Notes: generated by a model from the letters alone, not told the origin. A stretch of DNA of 64,000 nt from Balneola sp. (GCA_965215865.1 OZ244125.1:2525093-2589092); one strand, 5' to 3'. Positions 7,850 through 17,941 are shown, counted from the stretch's first letter. Made by a program: numbers and translations.

Positions 7850-8788
7850 ATGGAAATCATTGAAATTATCAGTCAGGTTCTCGTTGGTCTTTTTACTTTA
7901 TTCATCATTTTTAAAGTGATCAAGTCTTTGCGTCTTGTACCTAATCAATATTCATACATTGTAGAAAGACTTGGAAATTATCACAAAACGCTTGGACCCG
8001 GATTTCATGCTCTGGTTCCTTTTGTTGATAAAGTTGTATACAAACAGGATCTGCGTGAAGAAACCATTGAAGTGGAACCGCAGGAATGCTTCACCAAAGA
8101 CAACGTAAAAGTTGAAGTGGATGGAGTGATCTATTTAAGCGTTATGGATCCGGTTAATGCCAGCTATGGAGTTACAAATTATCGCTATGCTGCTATTCAG
8201 TTAGCACAGACTACCACACGTTCGGTAATCGGACTTATGGATCTTGATCAGACCTTTGAAGAACGTGCGTTTATGAGTAAAGAAGTGGTTAAAGTTCTCA
8301 GCGAGATCGAAATTCCGTGGGGAATTAAAGTTCATCGATATGAGATCAAAAATATTCTTACTCCACGAACTGTACAAAATGCAATGGAACGACAAATGAC
8401 AGCGGAGCGTGATCGTCGTGCCGTTATTGCAAAATCTGAAGGAGTTCAAGGCTCTAAAGTAAATGATGCTGAAGGTATCAAAGCTGAAATGGTAAATATT
8501 TCTGAAGCTGAAATGCAGCGACAAATTAATGAAGCAGAAGGTTTGGCTAATGAGATTGAATCTATTGCAGAAGCTACTGCCATTTCCATAGAAAAAATTG
8601 CCCACGCACTTTCGCAACCTATGGGTGCAGATGCCATGAAACTTCGTCTTTCTGAAAAATACCTTAATACACTGGAAGGATTGGGTCAGGATAAAAACGA
8701 CATCATTCTTCCAAAAGATATTTCCAGTTATGATGCGGTAATGAAAGGGTTGTCTTTGGATGAGTTTAATGAGAAGAAGAAGGAATAA
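7850..8788 (+). CDS. SPFH/band-7 (stomatin/HflK-like) protein, paralog 2
   Basis: Same architecture as paralog 1 (GFHALVPFVDK, TKDNVKVEVDGVIY, GIKVHRYEIKNI). Starts 2 nt after the stop of paralog 1. Confidence 0.9.
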   Translation: MEIIEIISQVLVGLFTLFIIFKVIKSLRLVPNQYSYIVERLGNYHKTLGPGFHALVPFVDKVVYKQDLREETIEVEPQECFTKDNVKVEVDGVIYLSVMDPVNASYGVTNYRYAAIQLAQTTTRSVIGLMDLDQTFEERAFMSKEVVKVLSEIEIPWGIKVHRYEIKNILTPRTVQNAMERQMTAERDRRAVIAKSEGVQGSKVNDAEGIKAEMVNISEAEMQRQINEAEGLANEIESIAEATAISIEKIAHALSQPMGADAMKLRLSEKYLNTLEGLGQDKNDIILPKDISSYDAVMKGLSLDEFNEKKKE

Positions 8789-8795
8789 TCAACAT

Positions 8796-8820
8796 CCAAT
8801 AACCAATAACCAATAACCAA
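8796..8820. repeat. Heptamer microsatellite (ccaataa) x3.6
   Basis: Direct reading. The same aataaccaataacc string recurs inside the signal-peptide codons of the 43038-43751 gene (43675-43690). Confidence 0.7.
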
Positions 8821-8843
8821 CTTAAGATTGAAATTTAGCTACG

Positions 8844-9698
8844 CTAATATGCTGTATAGGTTTCTTTTTCTTTTAGAGTTACAATTCCGTCCTTGGTGGC
8901 AAATTTGACCGGAACGGAAATAAAGCCCCCTCCCTTCTTTGCTTTTAAAACGGTAAAGTGAAGATGAGGTCCTGTTACATAACCAGTAGCTCCGGAATAT
9001 CCTATTCTCTCTCCTGCTTTAATTTTCTGACCTATTCTTACTGAAACACCGTTTTTTCTGAGATGCGAATATTGGGCAAAAGTTCCATCATCATGTAAAA
9101 TGGTTACGTAATTAGCTTTCTCTAAAAATGATTTATCGCTTCCTCCTTTAGAATACCTTTCCTCTGTTTCCACAACAATCCCAGCTCTGGAAGAATACAC
9201 TTCTGTTCCTTCTTTCATATTGAAATCCAGAGAATATCGACTTTCCCCGCTATGAGAAAAATTTCCGTTGTATCCCTGATCTAATCGGTGTTGTTCTCCA
9301 ATTTTAAAAGGAAGTCTATAACCCATTTTATCATTATGTTTTGCGAAAATACTACCCTGATAAAATATATAACTATACTTCATTCCCCAGGATGATTTTG
9401 GGTCTTTAACCTTCAATTCTGCAATTTTTTCTTCAGATCTCCCCTTCAAGACTGTAACAAGTGGGTTGTTTTCTGATGAAGTCATATTTGTCAGATCGGC
9501 TTCTAATTCTATGGTTACAGGATAGTAATTACTATTCGATGCGTATAAGGCAACTCCGTTTTTTATTTCCCTTTTATCTATGGTGACAGAGTTTTCCTGC
9601 ACTAACTTGAACCCACTAACAAATACAACAACTGTCAGGGCAACCGCCACCAGTCTCATTCTTTTAAAATTCTGAAATCTTTCTTTGTTCATTAACAC
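8844..9698 (-). CDS. M23 family metallopeptidase (LytM domain)
   Basis: HSGESRYSLDF, YSGATGYVTGPHLHFTV. The start is uncertain: 9698, 9692, or 9659 (MRLVAVALTVVVF signal). Confidence 0.85.
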   Translation of the reverse strand: MLMNKERFQNFKRMRLVAVALTVVVFVSGFKLVQENSVTIDKREIKNGVALYASNSNYYPVTIELEADLTNMTSSENNPLVTVLKGRSEEKIAELKVKDPKSSWGMKYSYIFYQGSIFAKHNDKMGYRLPFKIGEQHRLDQGYNGNFSHSGESRYSLDFNMKEGTEVYSSRAGIVVETEERYSKGGSDKSFLEKANYVTILHDDGTFAQYSHLRKNGVSVRIGQKIKAGERIGYSGATGYVTGPHLHFTVLKAKKGGGFISVPVKFATKDGIVTLKEKETYTAY

Positions 9699-9721
9699 TA
9701 CTTGGAATTATATTCTCTGAT

Positions 9722-10309
9722 ATGAACTCGCTCTTATTACAACTTATTCTATTATTGGCATCAGTAGATTCTGATGAATTAACTGATCCTGAACTTGCTC
9801 TTAAAATAAAGAACGGAAATCACGAGGCATTTAAAAAGTTTTTTGACCGATATAATGCATTTCTTCTTAATTATTTAATGAAGAGAGGAACCGCTAAAGA
9901 AGCTGCTAAAGATCTGGTTCAGCAAGCTTTTGTAATGATTTGGGAAAAACGCGACGAAATAGACGAAACGAAGTCTCTTCGGGCATTTCTATTCAGGATC
10001 GGATATACCAGAATGCTGAATCTTTTCAGGGATCATTCCAAGTTTGATGCAGAAGCGGATCCGGAAGAGAACTCAGCCCATGAAGAACCTGAAGATGGGA
10101 AGAACAAAAGAGATGAGCTTAACAACGCAATAGAGAAAGCAGTTTCAGCTATGCCTGAAAAGAGACAGGAAGTTTTCCGGCTCTGCTTTATTCAGGAATT
10201 TACTTATAAAGAAGCCGCACAGGTACTGGATGTATCTGTTAAAACCATTGAAAATCATATGGGACTTGCATTAAAAGATATGCGTGAGTCTTTAAAAGAG
10301 TACCGTTAA
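9722..10309 (+). CDS. ECF-type RNA polymerase sigma-70 factor
   Basis: 195 aa. Region 2 (FKKFFDRYNAFLLNYL...DLVQQAFVMIW) and region 4 HTH (FTYKEAAQVLDVSVKTIENHM). Confidence 0.9.
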   Translation: MNSLLLQLILLLASVDSDELTDPELALKIKNGNHEAFKKFFDRYNAFLLNYLMKRGTAKEAAKDLVQQAFVMIWEKRDEIDETKSLRAFLFRIGYTRMLNLFRDHSKFDAEADPEENSAHEEPEDGKNKRDELNNAIEKAVSAMPEKRQEVFRLCFIQEFTYKEAAQVLDVSVKTIENHMGLALKDMRESLKEYR

Positions 10310-10428
10310 CTGTTATTTAAAATTTGTTTTTTGATTTTTTTTCAAAAGGATTGGGGGTATACAATTCTACTCGTGTACTAAAGACAAATGACACAAATGT
10401 CTTTAACAAAACAAAAAGAGAAATCACT

Positions 10429-11328
10429 ATGAAATCTTTACAAAACATATCAAAACTAACACTACTGGGCTTAAGCCTTTTAGTTACCTTTGCAGCTTGT
10501 TCTGCCGTAAATAATGATGTTGAAACCCTTTCGGATGAAGACATCGACCTTGCCACTCAAATTATCGGAGAGTCTGTATCTGACGAAAACTCCGGAATCA
10601 TGAGCAGTATGTATGATGCAGTTTCTACTGTTGACAGTGATGGCATTTCTTATGGAAATAATCATAGAAAAGCAGACCCGGATGGCAGAAGCGGAAGAGG
10701 AAGAGAAAACAATTATTCCTATTCTTATGATTCAGATACCGGTACACATACGTTAGAATATAATCGTAGTGTAAATAATGGCGAATTCAGTAAAAGTGTA
10801 GCACTACTGAATACTTATATCTTCAAATCCCCTGAAGGTGATTTTATAGCACGTCCCAGAGCTAATGCCGATTCTATTGAAAGCGTAGACTTTACAGGCA
10901 ACAAATCAGGTTCTGTAAATTCCCGAAGAGGAAGCTCCGAATTTGCCCGTGCAGATACTTTCGCTATTGCAGGTTTACATAGTACAAGCTCAATAGTTAG
11001 CATTGACGGAACACATCATGGAGAAGGTAATGCTTCCGGATTTAGAAGAGACAGCGTTCAGGTATCCAGAGATTTTACTGTCGATATTGAGTTCCTGAAT
11101 GTTGAGATCGAAAAGGACTCTGTTGAAGCTAATGGAAATCTGGAACAGGGCGTAACCGGAACACTTACTTACAACATAACATTAAATAAAACTGTTGGTG
11201 ATGAAGCTGATACTCAAGTAATTGAAGGTACTATTGAACTAGAAGGAGATGGAACTGCTCTGCTTAGATTTAAAAAAGTAGCAAAAGTTGTTCGATTCTC
11301 ACTTAAAGACGGATCATCAGAGGATTAA
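10429..11328 (+). CDS. Hypothetical lipoprotein
   Basis: Lipobox LLVTFAAC after MKSLQNISKLTLLGLS. S/D/G-rich with no recognisable domain. ATG at 10429 is preferred over the extended ORF start at 10324. Confidence 0.65.
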   Translation: MKSLQNISKLTLLGLSLLVTFAACSAVNNDVETLSDEDIDLATQIIGESVSDENSGIMSSMYDAVSTVDSDGISYGNNHRKADPDGRSGRGRENNYSYSYDSDTGTHTLEYNRSVNNGEFSKSVALLNTYIFKSPEGDFIARPRANADSIESVDFTGNKSGSVNSRRGSSEFARADTFAIAGLHSTSSIVSIDGTHHGEGNASGFRRDSVQVSRDFTVDIEFLNVEIEKDSVEANGNLEQGVTGTLTYNITLNKTVGDEADTQVIEGTIELEGDGTALLRFKKVAKVVRFSLKDGSSED

Positions 11329-11343
11329 AATACTAACCACAAC

Positions 11344-11380
11344 GAACTGCAGGTGGATGATTTAACCTGCAGTTCTTTTA
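11344..11380 (+). terminator. Rho-independent terminator candidate
   Basis: Perfect 11-bp stem gaactgcaggt / acctgcagttc with a 10-nt loop, followed by tttta. Confidence 0.6.
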
Positions 11381-11390
11381 TATTTGAATC

Positions 11391-12362
11391 ATGGAAACTA
11401 AAGACCTTTTACCTGAAAACGATCAAGACCTGCTGCTGGCTAAACAGCTGGATTCTGCGTTACTTTCGGGTGAAGGATTTTCAAGTATTCAGGATCCATT
11501 GATTCGATCTCTTTTAGCTTATCAAAATAAAGAACATGTTCAGATTGACTCTTTAGCTTCAGAATCTTCTGAAATGTGGGATAAAGTGTTTTCAAAAACT
11601 AAACCACAAAAGAAAGCCAGAACCATTTCACTTCCAACCCGAAAAACTAATACTTGGGCTTGGGCAACAGCTGCAACAGTATTGCTTGCTGCATTCCTTG
11701 GAATTTTTTGGTTTACCAATCTAAACAACCCGGTTTTAGTTGCACAAAGTGGAACTGCGATCGAAACGGTGACATTAGCAGATGGGTCTCAAGTATCCTT
11801 ACGCCCGAATTCATCTCTTTATCAAATCGAATTTTCAAACTCTAAAAGAACTTACGAACTTGAAGGGGAAGCCTTTTTTAATGTTACTAAAGACACCAAC
11901 AGACCTTTTTCAGTTGGTTCAGATAATGGAGTTGTTACCGTCTTGGGAACACAGTTCAACCTGAGTACATGGGGAAACGAAACAAAAGTATTTCTTGAAG
12001 AAGGAAGTGTGAGACTCGACGATCTCAATCAAAATTCCGTAATCCTGAAACCGGGTGAAAAGGCTACTATATCTCAGAATATATTAAGCGATGCATCTCC
12101 GGCAGATACAGAAGAATTTAAGGACTGGCTGAATAATGAGATTGTTTTAAAAAGCACTCCTGTTTCGCAGGTAGTAAACGAACTTGAACATCACTTTAAA
12201 GCAATCATTGATATTTCGGGTATGCAGAACACATCTGAGCCTATATCCGGTACTATTGCATTGACTGAGCTTTCCACCACACTCAATGATCTGGGGATAA
12301 TATTAGGTGGTACATTCAGAGAAGTAAATTCAAATAGCTTTACGTTTATTCCCTTAAATTGA
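11391..12362 (+). CDS. FecR-family anti-sigma factor / transmembrane sensor
   Basis: Single central TM helix (WAWATAATVLLAAFLGIFWF). FecR domain (TLADGSQVSLRPNS..EGEAFF.V). C-terminal DUF4974-like region (PVSQVVNELEHHF). Confidence 0.85.
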   Translation: METKDLLPENDQDLLLAKQLDSALLSGEGFSSIQDPLIRSLLAYQNKEHVQIDSLASESSEMWDKVFSKTKPQKKARTISLPTRKTNTWAWATAATVLLAAFLGIFWFTNLNNPVLVAQSGTAIETVTLADGSQVSLRPNSSLYQIEFSNSKRTYELEGEAFFNVTKDTNRPFSVGSDNGVVTVLGTQFNLSTWGNETKVFLEEGSVRLDDLNQNSVILKPGEKATISQNILSDASPADTEEFKDWLNNEIVLKSTPVSQVVNELEHHFKAIIDISGMQNTSEPISGTIALTELSTTLNDLGIILGGTFREVNSNSFTFIPLN

Positions 12363-12368
12363 GGTTTC

Positions 12369-14981
12369 ATGAAAACCTTATTTAAAATAGCTTTCTTTAT
12401 TTTTTGGGCAGGAACTATAAACCAAAGCTCTGCTCAAAATTCTTCTTCTGCAAAAACTTTGTTAGAATTGATCAGTTCAATTGAACAGAATTCCGAAATG
12501 AGGTTTTTGTACAGAGAAGCACTGGTAAGTAATATAAATGTTACCGTTTCTATAGACTCCCCCACTCTTTATGAGGATCTCAGGTCGCAACTCTCAAAAT
12601 TAAATATTGGACTTCAGGTAAATCCGGAAAGAAACCAGGCCCTATTATTTAAAACCGATAATAAAAACAACAAACAAGATGCTGTTATTTCGGGATATGT
12701 TATAGATGCTGAAACCGGAGATCGATTGCCATACTCTACCATATCCTGGTTCGAGAATGGTGAAATTACTGGAGTAGCTTCCTCAACTTCTGGCACCTTC
12801 AGCGCACGGATAAATTCCTCCGGAACATCGATACCACTTTTATTCTCCTTTGTCGGATACGAATCAAAACGGGTTGATTTCGACATCTCTTCAAGATCTG
12901 AATTGAGTGATATCGCTGTAAGATTGCAACCACGGTTATATGGGGGAAATGAAATTATTGTAAATGGTAATGCTCTTTATACTCCGTCAGATTCCGTCTT
13001 CAGTAGTTTAATTGAAGCAGGATCTTTTAGTCCATTGGGGGACAACAACTCTGCAAAAGCTTTGCAATCGCTTCCTTCGGTACTTACTGGTCCCGCTATT
13101 GAAGATGGTTTGAATGTAAGAGGGAGCTCTTCAGATGGATTTCGGGTCTTGCTGGATGGAATCACTCTTTACAATCAAAGCCATTTATTCGGATTACTTG
13201 ACGGTCTTAATGGAGATGTACTCAGAACAAGCGGTTTCTTTTATGATGTAACACCGGCTCAATTTCGGGCACCACTTGGCGGAACACTTACATTTTTAAC
13301 CAAAACCGGTAACCTGCAAAATTTTGAAAGCTCAGTTGGGCTAAGTAACACTGCTTTAAGCGGCACTTTGGAAGGGCCGATTGTATTAGGGAAATCCAGT
13401 TTCCTGTTTTCCGGCCGCCATTCTTACATCGATGATATAAACTGGTTTAACAATCAGGGAATCATAAGGTACGGACTCGATATAGATCGGAATTATGATT
13501 TTCAAAGTGATACAGTCCGCAAGTTTGCAGATCGAAACATCCAAAATGTTAATGGAAATGCTTTTTTTTACGACTTACATGGTAAATTATATTTTGAAAC
13601 TACTTCGGGTTCACAATTGATTGCAAGTATGTATTTCGGGAAGGACGAAGCCAATCAATCCTATGATCGTCGATTTCAACAACAATCAGAAGAATTCAAT
13701 ACGAATAATGAGTGGTCGAGCAAAATGGTTAAGCTGGCTTATAACACTCAACTTCACCATGATATAAATTCTGAAAGCAGCATAGGGTTCAGCGATTATT
13801 ATTCTAATTATTTAAAAGAGGATAATGACTTCAGAAGGCCTGAAAATGACAATAACAATCAAAACGCGACTATTGAGATCTTACCGTTCAACTTAGAAAA
13901 TGAACTTCAGGAATTTCAGATCAATCAGAGATTCAGCAAATCTTTTGAAAGCTTCGAGTTAGATTTTGGAGTTACTTACAGCGATTTTGAGGTTCTATAT
14001 ACTGAGTTAAGTCCGCGTAACCAATCCTTTAGAAGCAGAAGAACTAGTCAGTTACTGGACCTGTTCAGTCAGTTTGATTTTGCAAATTCCACCGAAGCTC
14101 ATGTTAGTTTAGGAAGCAGATTATATTATTTCAGCAACGGAAAGTATTTAAAATGGTCTCCAAGAATTAAAGCTCAGTTCTTACCGGAATCTGTAATTTC
14201 ATTCGGTCTGGGTTTCAGCAAAAATTACCAGTTCCTACATCAATTGGATTTTTTGACGGTCAACAGCACTGATTTCTGGGTTATGACAAACAACGAGCAG
14301 CCTCCTTCTTCAGTTAGTTATTTTACTTCAAACATAAGATTAAGGCCTTTAAATTCACTTTTTATACAGATAGAAGGCTATTACAAACTTTTTGATAATC
14401 TGCGAATTCACAGCTTAGCCGATCATTTTATTTCATCCTTTTTTGATGAGGATGATACAAACCCATTTCTTTTCAATAATACAGGCGTTGGTAAGGGTCT
14501 TGAATTTCTCCTGAAGAAAAGCTTTAACCAATTCAGCCTTTCATCTACCTACACCCTGGCTTCAACCGAGCTTGAAAATTTACTGATCAATGACGGCAAA
14601 CCTTTTCATCCTTCTTATGACAGAACACATCAGTTTTCTATGATTGGTGATTTGGATCTATCTAATGGACTGAGTTTTTATGCCTCCTGGAATTTTGCAA
14701 CGGGGACTCCAAATAATGTGCTTTCAAGAGATGAACAAACAGAAACCAGGATCGGGGATTACTCAAGGCTGGATGTTTCTCTTAAATATATTCTCAGTAC
14801 CGGAAATACAGAAAAAGCTGAATTCTTATTTTCTGTTTATAACTTGTTAGACACTCAGAACCCTTGGTATTCTGATTTCAAAGCGGGCAGAAATACGAAT
14901 AATAACCGAATTATCCCCGGTTTGACTACCGTTTATGATCTGGGAATTCAACCCAGTTTCAGAGCAAAGCTCTATTTTTAA
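12369..14981 (+). CDS. TonB-dependent receptor with N-terminal STN signalling domain and CarboxypepD_reg domain
   Basis: STN-like LLELISSIEQNSEMRFLY. ISGYVIDAETGDRLPYSTISW. Plug LQSLPSVL..GLNVRGSS.DGFRVLLDGITLYN. C-terminal beta-barrel ending in F. Confidence 0.85.
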   Translation: MKTLFKIAFFIFWAGTINQSSAQNSSSAKTLLELISSIEQNSEMRFLYREALVSNINVTVSIDSPTLYEDLRSQLSKLNIGLQVNPERNQALLFKTDNKNNKQDAVISGYVIDAETGDRLPYSTISWFENGEITGVASSTSGTFSARINSSGTSIPLLFSFVGYESKRVDFDISSRSELSDIAVRLQPRLYGGNEIIVNGNALYTPSDSVFSSLIEAGSFSPLGDNNSAKALQSLPSVLTGPAIEDGLNVRGSSSDGFRVLLDGITLYNQSHLFGLLDGLNGDVLRTSGFFYDVTPAQFRAPLGGTLTFLTKTGNLQNFESSVGLSNTALSGTLEGPIVLGKSSFLFSGRHSYIDDINWFNNQGIIRYGLDIDRNYDFQSDTVRKFADRNIQNVNGNAFFYDLHGKLYFETTSGSQLIASMYFGKDEANQSYDRRFQQQSEEFNTNNEWSSKMVKLAYNTQLHHDINSESSIGFSDYYSNYLKEDNDFRRPENDNNNQNATIEILPFNLENELQEFQINQRFSKSFESFELDFGVTYSDFEVLYTELSPRNQSFRSRRTSQLLDLFSQFDFANSTEAHVSLGSRLYYFSNGKYLKWSPRIKAQFLPESVISFGLGFSKNYQFLHQLDFLTVNSTDFWVMTNNEQPPSSVSYFTSNIRLRPLNSLFIQIEGYYKLFDNLRIHSLADHFISSFFDEDDTNPFLFNNTGVGKGLEFLLKKSFNQFSLSSTYTLASTELENLLINDGKPFHPSYDRTHQFSMIGDLDLSNGLSFYASWNFATGTPNNVLSRDEQTETRIGDYSRLDVSLKYILSTGNTEKAEFLFSVYNLLDTQNPWYSDFKAGRNTNNNRIIPGLTTVYDLGIQPSFRAKLYF

Positions 14982-16342
14982 AACCTCAATCTAAAAATAG
15001 TTCTTCCTTTTTCTGACTCCAGCAGATATAAACTTCCATTGTGAAGCCTCATGATTTGTCTGGATAAACTTAATCCGATTCCCGAGCCCCCTTCCGGAGA
15101 ATTCTTACTTGTTGTATAGAATGGAACAAAAATTTTCTCTGCTGATGATTCCTTGATACCCGGTCCATTGTCCTGAACATCTATGAAAGCGTGTCCTGAC
15201 TCATCAATACCACCTTTTAAGATCACTTTCGGATCCTGTCTGTTTTTCAAAACTTTGAATGCATTTTTTACAACATTAATCAAAGATTGTTCTATCAGTT
15301 GGCTGTCAGCAACTACTTCAATAGAATCAGATTCAAATTCGGTTTCAACGGTTATAGATCTTGAAAGAGCCTCTCCTTTCATTAGGTTTTTTACCCTGTC
15401 AACAACTTCTTTCAGAAGTACAACATCAAAATCGGGACTTGGAATCTGTGTTATATTCCGGTAAGAATCCACAAAACGCATTAAACCTAAGCTTCTTTTA
15501 TTGATCGTTTGGAGTGCTTCCTTTACATCTTCCATTGTTTCTTCGGATATATCCTTATTCCCTTCTTCGCTCAATAAATTACCCGCCAGCATTGAGTTAA
15601 CAGTGTCTGAGAGTGACGCAATTGGTGTAATGGAATTCATTATTTCATGAGCCAAAACCTGAGTTAAATTTTGCCATGCTTCCATTTCTTTTTCTTCCAG
15701 CTCTGACGAAATATTACTTAAAGAAATGATCTTATAAAGATCCCCTTTTACTCTGAACTCGGTAGCAAAAATAGCGATCTGAGATTCTCTGTTCTTTATG
15801 GACGTTCTTACCAAAGTTCTGGCTCCACCTTTCAGATCCTGAACTGCTTCATATAATGGCTCACTGATCTTTTTAAGTTGAGATACATTTCTTAAGACCG
15901 CGGTTCCCAAGATCTTTTTTGCAGCCGTATTGAATAATTCTATTTCACCATCTTTATTGAAAGAAAATAATCCAATCCCGATATGCTGAACCACCGTTTC
16001 CAAATACTGATAGCTCTCTTCTCCTTTGGCTCTTTCCCTATTAAATTTTTCTATGATATTGTTGAAAACAGAGTTCAGGGATTCCAGTGATTCTCCATAT
16101 CCTTTATTAGAAAAAGACTGTGAGAAATCATTGTAACTGATTGCCTCAAAAAATCGCTTAAGATTCTTATTTGTTATCTCAACATATCTGATAAGATTTA
16201 ATACCTGAAGTACAACTATTACTGCTATCAGCGCTAAACTCACATAGTATTGAGTGTTTAATGCTATATAAGCTCCAATCAAAAGCACTATAAACAGAAG
16301 TAATACTCTAAAAATAATTCCTATTCTCAGACTTCTAAGCAT
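14978..16342 (-). CDS. Sensor histidine kinase (NtrB/AtoS-like)
   Basis: Two N-terminal TM helices, a PAS-like segment, H-box LAHEIMNSITPI, and N/G boxes (NVVKNAF, DNGPGI, GSGIGLS). Confidence 0.9.
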   Translation of the reverse strand: MLRSLRIGIIFRVLLLFIVLLIGAYIALNTQYYVSLALIAVIVVLQVLNLIRYVEITNKNLKRFFEAISYNDFSQSFSNKGYGESLESLNSVFNNIIEKFNRERAKGEESYQYLETVVQHIGIGLFSFNKDGEIELFNTAAKKILGTAVLRNVSQLKKISEPLYEAVQDLKGGARTLVRTSIKNRESQIAIFATEFRVKGDLYKIISLSNISSELEEKEMEAWQNLTQVLAHEIMNSITPIASLSDTVNSMLAGNLLSEEGNKDISEETMEDVKEALQTINKRSLGLMRFVDSYRNITQIPSPDFDVVLLKEVVDRVKNLMKGEALSRSITVETEFESDSIEVVADSQLIEQSLINVVKNAFKVLKNRQDPKVILKGGIDESGHAFIDVQDNGPGIKESSAEKIFVPFYTTSKNSPEGGSGIGLSLSRQIMRLHNGSLYLLESEKGRTIFRLRF

Positions 16343-16353
16343 TATGAATCTCT

Positions 16354-17730
16354 TTAAAGTCCATATTTATCCATTCTTCTGTAAAGTGATGCTCTTGTCA
16401 GACCGAGTTCATCTGCTGCTTTAGAAATATTGCCTTCGTGCTTTTTCAAGGCCTTACGAAGAACCATTTTTTCAACTTCTTCCAGATTATAATCGTCGAA
16501 AACTACCTGTTCTGTATCGTTCGTTTCCTGAGTGAGTAAAAAGTCTCCCGGAAGTAATGTATTAGTCTCACTCATTATCACAGCTCGTTCTACAGAATGT
16601 TGAAGTTCACGAACATTCCCGGGCCAACTGTGCTTTTCTAATTTTGTAATGGTTTCTTTTGAACACCCATTTACTTCTTTCTTATACTTTTTAGAATACA
16701 GTTTTATGAAATGATTTGTCAGTGCCTCAATATCTTCTTTCCGATCTCTTAATGGAGGCAACTGAATTTCTATTGTATTGATCCTGAATAAAAGGTCCTG
16801 CCTGAATGTGGACTCAGCAACCATTTCCTTTAAAGACTGATTTGTGGCACATACCAATCGTATATCAATTTCTTTTGATTTTGCGGAGCCAACTCTGTTT
16901 ACCTTTCGGTTTTGTAACACGGTAAGCAGTTTAGACTGAAGTGGTACCGGAAGATTTCCGATCTCATCCAGAAATAGTGTTCCTCCGTTGGCAAGTTCAA
17001 ACCTTCCGGCTTTGTCTTCTTTAGCATCTGTAAATGCTCCTTTCACATAACCGAACAATTCACTTTCAAAAAGAGACTCTGAGATCGCTCCCATATCCAC
17101 ATTCATAAACACATTTTCATGTCGTGCTGATCTTCTGTGAAGTGCTCGCGCGATCATCTCCTTCCCTGTTCCGTTTTCTCCAAGAATTAAAACATTGGCA
17201 TCAGTTGCTGCTACTTTTTCAATAGTGTTGAATACATTCAGCATTGCCGGACTTCGACCAATGATATCCCGATAATGATGATCTATATCACTGTTGATCT
17301 GCTTTTGTGTCTCTTTTAATTCTGCTACTTCTCTTTTTGAATCCGTGAGTTGCATAGCGGACATTACCGTTGTGAGGAGCTTTTCGTTCTTCCAGGGTTT
17401 TAATACAAAATCGGTGGCTCCTGCTTTTACGGCTTGTACAGCTTTATCAATATCACCATAAGCAGTTATCAGAATTACTGCTATGGAAGGGTCTATTTCC
17501 AGGATCTTTTGTAGCCAGAAGAAACCTTCTTTACCGCTACTCACATCCTCAGTAAAATTCATGTCTAACAAGATCAGGTCGTATCTGTTGTTTTTCAGAA
17601 GTGTTGGAATAGAATTAGGATCCTTTTCAGTTTCTATGGATTTCACATGTTGCTTCAAAAACAATCGAGCTGCCTGCAACACATCGGCATCATCATCTAC
17701 TACTAAGATCTTTCCTTTCTTGGAGGTCAT
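16354..17730 (-). CDS. Sigma54-dependent response regulator (NtrC family enhancer-binding protein)
   Basis: Receiver domain (ILVVDDD...DLILLDMNF). AAA+ domain with GENGTGKE and the sigma54-contact motif GAFTDA. C-terminal Fis-type HTH (ISKAADELGLTRASLYRRM). Confidence 0.92.
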   Translation of the reverse strand: MTSKKGKILVVDDDADVLQAARLFLKQHVKSIETEKDPNSIPTLLKNNRYDLILLDMNFTEDVSSGKEGFFWLQKILEIDPSIAVILITAYGDIDKAVQAVKAGATDFVLKPWKNEKLLTTVMSAMQLTDSKREVAELKETQKQINSDIDHHYRDIIGRSPAMLNVFNTIEKVAATDANVLILGENGTGKEMIARALHRRSARHENVFMNVDMGAISESLFESELFGYVKGAFTDAKEDKAGRFELANGGTLFLDEIGNLPVPLQSKLLTVLQNRKVNRVGSAKSKEIDIRLVCATNQSLKEMVAESTFRQDLLFRINTIEIQLPPLRDRKEDIEALTNHFIKLYSKKYKKEVNGCSKETITKLEKHSWPGNVRELQHSVERAVIMSETNTLLPGDFLLTQETNDTEQVVFDDYNLEEVEKMVLRKALKKHEGNISKAADELGLTRASLYRRMDKYGL

Positions 17731-17835
17731 ATCAATTTGTTAGTTTACATCCCTTTATCAAATACTGTACCTAAAATGAATTCTATTCATAAAATCAGTT
17801 CCGGTTTATATATAGCGAATAGCTCAAAATTCAGG

Positions 17836-17851
17836 TGTTCGATATCGAACA
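17836..17851. promoter_or_regulatory. Perfect 16-bp palindrome, candidate enhancer-binding-protein upstream activating site
   Basis: tgttcgat|atcgaaca. It lies about 75 bp upstream of the -24 element in the divergent regulator/transporter intergenic region. Confidence 0.4.
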
Positions 17852-17925
17852 GTAAGTGTATCAAAATGAACAGTAAAATCCTACTAAAGCCTCAAAAACA
17901 CTGATCTGACGAGCTTCTGATGCTT

Positions 17926-17941
17926 TGGCACAGTAGTTGAC
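17926..17941 (+). promoter_or_regulatory. Sigma54 (-24/-12) promoter candidate for the adaptor/ABC cluster
   Basis: TGGCACagtagTTGAc versus the consensus TGGCAC-N5-TTGC(A/T). Spacing is correct with one mismatch in the -12 box. It lies 52 nt upstream of the ATG at 17993 and is adjacent to an NtrC-type activator gene. Confidence 0.55.

Noticed and set aside
7170-8637. Several 60-140-aa ORFs on both strands inside the SPFH genes
   Set aside because: They are shadows of two strongly supported SPFH CDSs.
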